From NCBI GenBank assembly GCA_013265495.1, contig MU058781.1:11265009-11329008 (forward strand): a stretch of DNA of 64,000 nt, in the 5' to 3' direction. The notes below the pieces were generated by a model that was not told the origin of the DNA, did no database searches, and saw only the letters and a program-made list of their open reading frames with translations. Shown here in pieces: positions 41,801 through 53,800 of this stretch (within the stretch, counting starts at the first letter, position 1; each line of letters begins with the position of its first letter). This stretch comes from Vicugna vicugna. Its lineage: Eukaryota. Position numbers and translations under genes: made by a program.

Positions 41801-44800
41801 TGGATGGACCTAGAGATCATCATATTAAGTGAAGTAAGTCAGACAGAGAAGGACAAATATCATATGATATCACTTATATGTAGAATCTTAAACAATGATA
41901 CAAATGAACCTACTTACAAAATAGAAAGAGACTCAGAGACATAGAAAACAAACTTATCATTACCAAAGGGGAAAGGGGGAGGATGGACAGATTGGGAGTT
42001 GGGGATGAGCAGATACAAACTACTGTATATAAAACAGATAAACAACAAGGTCCTACTGTACAGCACAGGGAGCTATATTCAATACCTTGTAATAACCTAT
42101 CAACTATACTTAAAAAAAAAAGTTGGAAGTGTTTTCAATTTCTGTGCCCTAAAGCTAAGGAGATAAGTTGAAGGTTTTTTGGTTTTTTTAACCATCTTTT
42201 CCATCACAGTCAGCCTCCCTAACAGCACAAAAGCAGATATTCCAAAGGCTATCAAGCATTTATAATTATTATTAAATGGTACAGGCCCCAAGAGTGGGCA
42301 AAGCGGTGTCCCATATACCTCTTTATTCCTGCAAGAGGGATAAAAAGGCAGAAACTGACATCTACTGTAAACCTTCAAATGCCAGATTCTTCGTGGAATG
42401 TCAGACGTCACAGGGATAATCGAAAGCAAAACTCCAGAGTTCAGATCCCTCAGGTCAACTTTTTTATGCTGTTGTTAAAGTAAAAATAGCCCAACCAGTT
42501 TTAAGTCATTGGTTTCTCTGAAAATGATTTTCAAAGAAGTTGTAACTAAGAAATGCGATTTCCTCCATCAGTCTTCCTAGAGATAAACTTCCCGTTCCCA
42601 TTTTACAGAACATGGTCGAAATCCAGAATTAAGTATAATGGTTGCTCTTTGACAAACCTTCTTACAACCAAATCGTCAGATGAACCAAAACTCTTTGTTC
42701 TCTCTGAATATCATAAAAGAAAAGGGCCACATCCCAGGGCACGCTGGATGCTGGCAGCTAACAGGCCACGGTGCAGGCCCAGGCACGTCGGGCCCCACGG
42801 CTGTGCTGTAGTTTAGAGGGTCAGGCAGGTCTGCTTCTAATCCTATTAGAGCCAGTTGTCCTTGTGATTGCAATTACAGAATTTAATTCACTATTAGGTA
42901 AACTGATGAAATACAAGTTCCCAAAACAGTGGCTTCTTTGGCAAATAAGTATCTAAGAAACTTGAGCACTTTCCAAAGATGCCATAAAAGTCGATCACCA
43001 AAGAAAAAACTACTGCTGAAGTAGAACTGTATGAAGCAAAGGTAAGATTTGGAAAAATTCAGAAATTCTAAGAGGAATCTGCATCCAAGTCCTTGTCATC
43101 AGTACATGCTTTTCTTAATTCTTTCTAACTGATCTTTATTTCCGGCACACATTGGTCCCAATCTTTATAACAGATAAAAGGATATCTTATCTATTGATGT
43201 ATAAAAAGTAGACGATTCTGGATAGTTTGCATTCCTCTTACATTCTTCTCAGAACCTTTATTACTGTGTGTTTTGTCCATCTCTAAACATGGCATTTGTT
43301 AAGCAAAAGCATCTCAAATTTAATGGACAAAATTAATCTTTTACTTCTTTCTTTTTTATGTAAGGTATCAATGAACTGGTAAAATATCAAGAGACGTTAC
43401 AGTTTGGGAAGTGCTAAATTAGAAATAGGTTATTCTGTTATTACAAAGAGAACCTCAACAAGCAGGCAAAATAGTAGGACAAAGAAAGGAGAGTTAACAG
43501 ATTAAGAGAGAAACAAAAAAACCTTACAAATATGAGAAACACAAAAGCTTGGTTATCTGAGATCATAACTATAAGAGTGAGTAGCTCTAAACATTTCATT
43601 GACTTTAAAGGCATCACTGTGTTAAAGAAAAAATAGGATAATGGCTGATGACCTTAAAATTCCAAAAATGGTTTATGCAGTGACCCTCTGTACTGGTTGT
43701 CTTTTGTCTGTCCCCCAGACCTGCTCTCCATCCTACTCCATCCTGTGCTGTGCCTCTGAGATGACCTGCCTCAGCTGACTTCTTAGCCCTCTGGCTTGGG
43801 TTGGGTTGGGTTTGGCCAATGCGGGAACGACAGGAGATCAGGGAAAATGAGGAGAGAGAGGGTGGGGTCTTCATTCCCCCAGCACCCCTTTTGTGGGGTC
43901 CCAGGGGGCCAGCTGTGTCCCTGACTCAAGGTCTCATCAAGTGGCCCCTGCCACGCAGCTCTATCTGCAGCACCAGCAAGTGCTCTCTCCTGATCCCTTG
44001 CAATTTTCTTTGTCCTGTGCACATCTTTGTAAACAATCCCCTCATAAACTCCCCCCCAAAGGACTCAGTTTGCATGTCCCTTCTATGCCTGCTGGGACCC
44101 TGACTGATACAACCCATGAGCCCTGTTCACTAATAACACTACCTTGGATTTGCTTAACATTTGACAAGATAACATGCAGTAACACCAACAAACTCAGCAA
44201 AGCAGCAAGGCAGGCACTTATGTTATTGTTACAGACATGGAAGCTAAGGCTCAGTGTGGAAGTTTCTTAAGGTTACAGGCTAACAGACAACATAAAAGGA
44301 ACAAAAACTCAGACCTCTGGATCTCTTTCAGAATGTTTTCTTCTTCTGCCACGGAGCAGGAAAGCAAGTAAGGGCACGTAGGATAAAGCTTTTAGAATTT
44401 CTATGCTTAAGCGGGTAAGGTTTGGTTAAATGGAAAGCACACCTATCTGAGCTAAGTCACTGACCAACGATGGTGGAAAATACAATGTGCTAGTTTATAT
44501 TTTTTTAAGTCCTAGCTATTCCTATCAACCAAGCAAAAGTGACATCAGTCGGTCTACGAATCTTCATCTTACCTCTTTCACAGATGATGGGGTAAAACGA
44601 ATCAGGAAACACGGTTCCAGCCTGATATGCATCCTGGTGTTCAAGTAACAGCTGGAGAGCAGGAAAATAGATTAGAGGGCAAGAGTCAACAGTCTAGGCA
44701 AAGCAGGCCCAGTCCACGTCCAGCTACGGGATGTCAGAACAATGTGATTGGGGCAGGGGCAGGGGGTGATGGAAGGAGGGCAGAAAGGAAGGAATAAAGA

Positions 44801-47800
44801 AATTATAAAAATTCATGTATAATCCAAGACAACATCCAGCAATATATCTTCAGGTTCTTTCCTACCAAAAACAGACAGGCTAACTTAAAAATTGCAAAAA
44901 TCAACTATTTGAATTTCACCTCCCTTCATTTTATTTTCTCTCTCTACCCAGTAGAGCAGGAGTTCCCTAAGGCTATTTCACTGACCTAGAACTGGCTGGT
45001 GGTAAGATTTTCCACGATTCAATGACAACTAGTAAAATGAGAAAAATATATACATCTATACACGCATATGTATTGTTACTGATACTAGTGTACAGTAGCC
45101 ACCTGTACTTCGGCATAATATTATATCCTTTGTAGCTTAAAGGTTAAGACTAACATTTTGGAGGGCTAAAAAAATGTCCTTTCCCTTTTAAAATGATGTA
45201 AAATCCATGGCAGAGGACTAGTTGCCTGGCTCACTCCATCCCATTCCGCCCCGCTTTTGGCCACGCCCAGATGCACGCTGGAGTCTTGGAAAATGAAGAC
45301 TGTGTTCCCCAGCACTCATGTCTGTCGGAGCCCACTTCTCCCTCCCTGGCTCCTTCCACCAGCATGAAAGTGCCTGGCTTTTCCCCAGCAGAGGTAGAGG
45401 GGGTCCAGGTGATCACAGGCAGAGTACAGGGCATCTGTTTTGCTAGTAAGGAGTGCAGCTGAGGTGATGAGGGCCCAGAGCCAACAGTCAAGGTGGTGGC
45501 TTTTTACTTTCCAAACTGTGTAGGAGACAGTTGGATGTGGAGCTAGCAAACAGGGCAGTGGCTGGCTGACTGGGCATGGTAGCCTTGGCGGGCCAGGTCT
45601 GTGTGTTGTTCTGAGAGTCCTTTCTGGATACTTAGTCTAGAGCCTTCTCCTCCAGCTCTCACACAGTTTATCAGTACTGAATTCCCTAATACTTAATATT
45701 GAGCTCCTCTCAGCATAAACTAGCCAGAGAGGTTTCCATGATCTGCAAATATACCCTGACAATATGGGCAAAGTAAAAGTTTGGCAATCCAACTTTTAAA
45801 TTTTTCAATAGGAACTTACTAATAACATAAGCTATATATGGAAGTAACAAAGAAATAGCTTAAAGAACTTAAAACACAAGGAAATACAGTATTAATCTAT
45901 TTTTCGTTTTTGTCTTTCCAAGCAGTATCTCATTCCCAGTTTTCTAAAGACAGAATCACTTCCATACTGATCAGGGGAGCTGACCACAGGGGTAGGAGGC
46001 CAGCGCACCCACTCCCACTACAGTGTTTGGCTCAGAGATGCATGTCTGATGGAACCTGGTTCAGTTAGAATCTCCCCCAAGATCTCTCAGCTAGAGCTGT
46101 GAGGAAGCTGCCCTCTTCTCTTTGGGAATTTTAAACTTAGAGGCTGAGTCCCAGGTGGTCTGGTCTCTTCCACTGGGAGAGAGAATGCACCATCTAGACC
46201 TCCTGGTCCAGCTCTGCCCCGGGGCTACCAGTCACATGAACCAATAAATTCTCCTTTTTTTCCCTAAAGGTAGCTCGAGTTGGACTTTTGTCACTTAAAA
46301 GTAATAATTAACTTTATTAAATATTTACCTTGCCAGCCACTGTTTTCATCACTTTATTAAGACTTGTCAAATCTGTATCTCCCCATGAGGTAGACAGTGT
46401 TATTTAACATGAAAAAATGTTCCTAAAGTAAATTTTAAAAGTTAAATGTATATGCCAAATTGTCAAGAAACTGCTATAGGAAAGAAAACAGTACAGAGGG
46501 AGGATGTATCCTTCAGATATAAAAGTACATTTTTAAGCTACAGAAATAAAAACGGTATGATATCAGAACCAAAAGAGTCAGATCAATGAAACAGAATAGA
46601 GTAAAACAGACTCAAGCATACATAACTTAACGCATAACAGAGATGAGTGAAGGATGGAATTAACAGTGGGGTCAGCACAACCCCATGGCAGTGAATGTGC
46701 CATCTTTTTTTTAAACAGGGAATCCATACTTAGCCTAGGTGACATTGACTTGAAATTAACATTACCAATAACAAGTCACTAGATCCCTATCATGCTTTAT
46801 GCCATAATAAATACAAGATGAATTAAAATGTGAAATGTTAATTTTATGGCTCCATTTTGGGCAAGACAAATTTTAAGTGAATAATTGTATAATCTCAGAA
46901 TAGGAATGATACTTCCAAGTAAAACAGACAGAAACCATGAAAGAAAAGGCTGATGCACTTAACTACACAAAAATTTAAATATTCTGCGTGGTAAAAGGAA
47001 CCAGAAACAAATTTAAGAGAAAAATAAATAACCATGAGAATCATCTGACACACAACAGGCTAGTATCTTTAATAAGTGAGCCATTCTTACACATCAAAAT
47101 AAGTATCCTAATAGAAAAAATGAGCAAAAGATGTAGGCAATTCACAGAAGAGGCAATAGAAATAGTCAAACACTGAAAATATATTTCATCTCATTCATAA
47201 TGAATCAATACTTAAAATGCCAATAATCTATAACAAAATACCGTTTCCACCTACTAAATTGGCAAAAATGAAAAAAGAATTAAAAAATGGACCATAAGAG
47301 TGAATCTGTTTCCAAATCTGAAGATAGTTATAGAAATTTCAATGAAATACCTGAGCAGTTTAAGGATATTAATCCTTTCTTGGTCATGTATGTCTTCCTT
47401 GTTTTATTTTTTTCATTTGTTTCTGGGCCAAGAAGACTCGACCAGTGGTGCCATGGCTGAAGGGATTTAGCAAGCATAGTCAGGAAACTGATCTCATACA
47501 AAGGAGATTGAGCATGGAAGAATATATATTGAAAATAATGGAGGCCAGGCTTCTCACTGTTGGAGAAAGGAGTTAAGGACACAGAGAAGGCTAAAATAGA
47601 TCTTGTGGTGATGGATTGGAATTGGAGATATTTTCATGTGAACTCATGGTTTTAAACAGGTAGACAGACAGAGACAGACAAAAGCCAACTTGAAACCTGG
47701 GATAATCTGAGCACCAAGATAAATCATGTTAGTAATGGGATATAAACCCCTGAATAAAATAGAAATTTGTGAATGTATGCCAATAGAAAGTCATGGATAA

Positions 47801-50800
47801 ATGGGAAGAAAGGAAAAGCTCTGCCTTACAGCAGAATGTCACCTAACAAATTTAGAAGAAATGATGGAATCAGATAAACAGTTTGACAATCACCATCATA
47901 ATTATTTCAGGCAAGAATCATCAATAGATGCTAAAAGTTTGATGAGAAATAGGATATTTACATTACCTTGATCGATCTCTCCACAAACTACTTACTTACT
48001 AATTAAATAGAAAGTAGAAAATACTTATTAACTTTCCAGTGTAAAAATGTGGCAGATACCATCTTAACCAAGTGACAGGACTTCCAACAGGACTTCTGCT
48101 TCCAGGAAGATGGAGTGGATGTACTTTTCCCTATTCCTCCTGCTAAATACAACTAAAAAGTCTGGGCACTGTAATCAAAAGGAACAGAAGAGGACTCTGA
48201 AAGGTAGAGATAAGTAAGCTGATTGGCTAGGAAATTCAGGACCTGAAGAAGAACACTGTGGTGAGTTCTGAGTTTTCTTTTTGTTTCATATGTCCCAAAC
48301 TGGATATTGGAAAAGCCAGCCACCTAGAAACCCCAATGGGTATAGACAAAACAAAACAAAGCCACAATAAAAGCTTCTTCTCTCAAGTCACAGAACCAAG
48401 AAAGAGACAGCCTAGCAAGACAGAGAACTCTTTCGAAATCACCTCTCTACTCCATGCAAACATCACAGAAAAAGTCTGTGGCCCTACTCTTCTCCACCAC
48501 TAGCTAAGATCTCACGGGGAACCTAGACATCCCCCTCAGCAGGCTGCAGTGAGGTGCCCCAGCTCCCTCCTGGAGTGGGGCCAGAGAGGCCAAGGATGAA
48601 GAATGAACAAGAATGAAGGACTTTCACCCCTGCCATCCTGCCCCCTATTCCTACCCTTTGGTGTCAGTGGAGACCATGAGGAGAGCCCAGGCACCCGATT
48701 CCATCTGGCCGTAACAAGGAAACTCTCCCTCTCCTCAGTTTGGAGAAGGGTCAGAAGAAGCCCAGGGGAGATGAGGACATCCACCCCACCCCTCTGACAT
48801 CAGTAGGGGCCATGGTGAGGAGCAGCAGTTAGGCACTCTTACCCCTCCTCGCCAGGGAGGCATCAGGAGGCCCAGTGGGGAAACTTGAACTCTAACACCA
48901 GTTGGTAGTTGGCAAACTGTGTTCCTCCACCCCTTCCCCTACCACAGTGGTATAGAAAGAAACCAACTAAAACAAGAGGTTTAAATCAGATCCAGAATCT
49001 CATAATCTACTACCTAAAATGTCCAGGTTTAAATCAAAGATCACTCATCACACCAAGAACCAGAAAGACATCAAAAGGAATGAAAAAAGATAGTCTATTG
49101 AACAGATCTATTGTTCTGCCAACATTGAGATGGCAGAAATTTTTGAATTATCTCACAAATATTCAAAGCAGCCATCATAAACACTACAGTGAACAATTAC
49201 AAACACACTTGAAACAAACAAAAAATCTCTCAGCAAAGAAATAGGAGATACAAAGAAGAACTGAATGGAAATTATAGAACTGAAAAATGCAATAGCTGAA
49301 ATAAAAGTTAACATCATCAGAAATGGTACAAGGTGACATCATGTGCTTTCTGATACAATGCATTGAGAAGAATACAGTGTCACTTCAATGGTCTATAATA
49401 TTTCTGCCCAAAAATAACCTACAGCAAAATCTAATCATGAAGAACATCAGACAAAACCAAATGAAGGTACATTCTACAGAGTTACTGCACTGCACGTCTT
49501 CAAAATACCAAGGACATTAAAGACAAGGTAGGCCTGAGGAACTATTCCAGGTTGGAGGAGATCAGAAGGAACTGACAGCTCAACACATGCTCCTGGATTG
49601 GTTCTGGAACCATAAAGAATATTGAGACAACTGGTGAAATTTATAAGAGGCCTGGGTGATAGTGTTATTTCAATGTTGATTTCCTGATTGTGATTATTAT
49701 ACTGTGGTTATGTAAAAGAGTTTTTTGGTTTTTTTTTTTTTTAAAGAAATCTGTCCCTCCTTATCCATGGTTTTGCTTTCCTTGGTTTCAGTTACCTGTG
49801 GTCCAAAAACATTAAATGGAAAATTCCAAAAATAAACAACTCATAATTTTTAACTTGGGTACCATTCTGAGTAACATGATGAAATCTCACACCACCCTAT
49901 TCTGTCCACTCAGGATGTAAATCATCCCTTTGTCCAGCATAGCCCACCGTTAGTCTCCTAAGCGTCGAGGTATCACAGTGCTTGTGTACACTGGCCCTTA
50001 CCTTACTCAGTAATGCCCCAAAGTGCATGAGTAGTGATGCTGGCAATTTGGAGATGCCAAAGAGGAGCTGGAAAGTGCTATCTTTATGTGAAAAGGTGGA
50101 AGTTCTTGACTTAATAAAGAAAGAAAAAAATGTATGATGAGGTTGCCTAGATATACAGTAAGAACAAACCTTCCATCCATGAAACTGTGAAGAAGGAAAA
50201 ATGTGCTAGTTTTCCTGTTGCACCTCAAACTGCAAAAGTTACAGCCACAGTGTGTGATAAGTGCTTAGATAAAATGGAAGAGGCATTATATTTGTACAAT
50301 AAGACATTTTGATAGAAAGACCACATTCACATAACCTTTATTACAGTATATTGTTATAATTGTTCTATTTTATTATTAACTACTATTGTTTCTCTTACTG
50401 TGCCTAATTTATAAATTAAAGTTTATCATGGGTCCATAAGTACGTATAGGAAAAAAGAGTATATATGGGGTTCAGTACTATCCATGGTATCAGGCATCCA
50501 CTTAGGGTCTTGAAATGTATCCCCTGTGGATAAGGGGAGACTAATATATACAAGATGTAGTGAAGGATAATGAGTACCACATCAGCAACTAACTCTCAAA
50601 TGGCTCAGGGAAAACCAATATGTACACAGAGGACCAACAAGCAAACATGATAAGTTACCAACAATTGGGCAAACTGGGTAAAAGGTATATGGGAATTGTC
50701 TATTTTTTTTTCAGTTTTTCTATCAGTTTTAAATTATTTCAAAAGAAAAAGTTAACATAGGTAATTGGTTAAATAAATTATGGTACATTCTGGGTAACAG

Positions 50801-53800
50801 AAAACATGGAATTGTTCAAAGTTATTCTGAAGATCTCTATTGATATGAACATGAACACAGACATGACTATATCTCTCATATAGTAAATGAGAAAAAAAAA
50901 GGCAAGTTTACAAAATAATGTATAAACTTCCTTTTTAAAAAAAGAGAAAGTGCTAATAAATGTAGAGAAAATGCCTGGAATGATTTAAAGCAAAATGTTA
51001 ACATTGGTTATCTCTGAGAATTTTTTTCTTTTTTCCTTCTTTTTTTTTTTTTTTAAATAATGAGCTTCTATTAGTTTTTTAATCAGAAAAGGCAAAATCT
51101 ACCCCATGGGCAGGGAGGGAGGAGCAGGGCAGCAAGGACAGCAACCAACCAAATACGATTGCTCTGATTTCCTGGTTAACATATCACATTCTGTTCATTC
51201 TTGCAGAAAGAGAGTAAATAACAGGCAGTTATGACCACCAGTGTGAGGTCCACTTGATTATTACTGTTCTGATAAGTTAATACACTGGCTTTCTCAGCTT
51301 TATGCATTATTCTCTTATTAATGTGACTATCGTAAGTCAAAGTCATTAAAATGCAGTCACCTCCGGATGTGTTAGCCAAAGATAATCCCAGAACCAACAA
51401 AACTCAGACCCTAAATAAGCAGAACTTGCCAAGATACTCCCAGACTGTGGGGATCTGTTTACGCAGCCAGCTAGCATCCTTCAGGTAACCCCCCTTTGCA
51501 TCCTTTCACCAAACTGGATCAGTGAGTGCAGAGATCACCAAAGAACCAATTTTAGTAGGGAGAAAAGAGAAACTGCAAAGGTGCTCACAGACGGAGATAT
51601 AAAATAGATCACCAATCTCTGAAAAGGGATTTGATGATAACATGATAAAAGGTAAAGTAATCCCTATCTGTCTCCATAAGTTAAAAGGGGGCCACATGAT
51701 CCAGCAGTCCCACTCCTGGGCATATAACCAGAGGGATCCTTAATTCAAAAAGATACATGCACTATTTACAGTAGCCAAGACATGGAAACAACCTAAATGT
51801 CCATCGACAGATAACTGGGTAAAGAAGTTGTGGTATATTTACACAGGGGAATGCTACTCAGCCATAAAAAAGAATAAAATAATGCCATTTGCAGCAACAT
51901 GAATGGACCTGGAGAATGTCACTGTAAGTGAAGTAAGCCAGAAAGAGAAAGAAAAATACCATATGATATCACTTATATGTGGAATCTAAAAAACAAAACA
52001 AAACAAAACAAAAAACAAAGACAAACGAACTTACTTACAAAACAAAAACAGACTCACAGACATAGAATACAAACCTATGGTTATCAGAGGGGAAGGGGGT
52101 GGGAAGGGATAAGTTGAGAGTTCGAGATTTGCACATACTAACTAATATATAAAAAAAAGATAAACAAGTTTATACTGTGTAGTGCTGGGAACTATATTCA
52201 ATATCTTTTAGTAACTTATGGTGAAAGCGCATATGAAAACAAATATATGTATATTCCTATATGACTGAAGCACTATGCTGTACACCAGAAACTGACACAA
52301 CATTGTAAATTGACTATACTTCAATAAAAATATACGTATATAAAAAGGGGGGGAAGTGTGGGTCTTCAGGTCACTCAGCCATTTCCAATGATGACCTCAC
52401 TATCTGAGGTAGGACCAGTGCTGAGGGGAAGCATGTGTTCATTTCACATGTTTTAAATTGAGTGAATGATACGAGCTTGAACATCCCTACTAGAAATCAC
52501 TTGCACACACTCAGGACTGATTGTTCACACCATGAATTAGGCAAATTCTTGTTTCTCCTCTTTCCTGCCCACTTTCTTTCAGGATCAATGAAGATGACAA
52601 TCAAATATAAATGCTGTTTTTTTCCTAGAGGGCCTGTGAAATCGGGGAGTAAGGAAGTTGAAACTAATGAGTAAAAGTGGATTATGATAGATTTCGGTTA
52701 TTTTACCATCCTGCTTTCCATATTGGTTTATCAAGGTTCACTGGTAATAATTAGATCCAATTCTGACGTCGTGAGGGAATTTAACTCCTATCAAATGTAA
52801 GTATTTAAGAATCCTCTTTGTCAGAAAGTATTATTTAGCTACAGAACTAGATCTAGTGTACTGGGGAGAATGGGTTCAACTAATTTGAGGATAAGTAAAA
52901 GTGAACCATCAGCTAGTCTCACCAAGAATACAGTAGGCGTAGAAGTCAGAAAGAGCACCTCAGAGCGTACCTAGGAATAAATACTCTGTCTCCTCACAGT
53001 GATGCAATTTTTATACAACACACAGACAGAGATAAGTAGAAAGTAAACAGCTTATCTCAGGCATGCCTCTCTTTATAAAAATCAATAAGATGTAGTATTT
53101 AAAAAACTCTCTCAAATATTTTTAAACTATTCATAATTAAAAATATTTCAATGACATTATTTAAATTATTACATATATGTTCCAGTAGTGCTAGAAGGGA
53201 CATATACCTTTGAACCCAAAACACTGATGCTTTATAAAGCCATACAAATGACTCAAAATGACTATTTCAATATCTGTTAGGACCTTTGTTTGGCACCTAC
53301 AAGAGTAAGTTAGTACCCAAAAATAAAAGAAAAAAAAAAAAAAAAAAAAACCCCAAACTTTTTACCTCTTTGTAGTTAATACTCCCAACCTGAAGGTGGA
53401 GAAACTCCAGAGCTCTGTGTCCTGAAAGAAATAAATACAAAAATCAATTAAGTTTGTTGGGGAGGGGTACAGCTCAGTGGCAGAGGGCATGCCCAGCATG
53501 CATTAGGCTCTGGGTTCAATCCCCAGTATCTCCATCAAAAATAAATATATAAAACTACTACCTCCCCACCCCCAAAAAAACAAACAAAAAGATTTTTTTT
53601 AATCAATTAAGTTCAACTATAATTGAAAACAGAACTTCTGAGGTCATTTTAAAAGGAAAATATATAATTTTGTGGTTGTAACTGTCAAGAAAGAGGAAAA
53701 TGAAAATTAAGTTTGCACTCATGATTTTCATGAGCCACAGTTAGATTCATGTAATATTTATATTGCCATAATACAAATCAAACTTAGATGATGACTCAAA

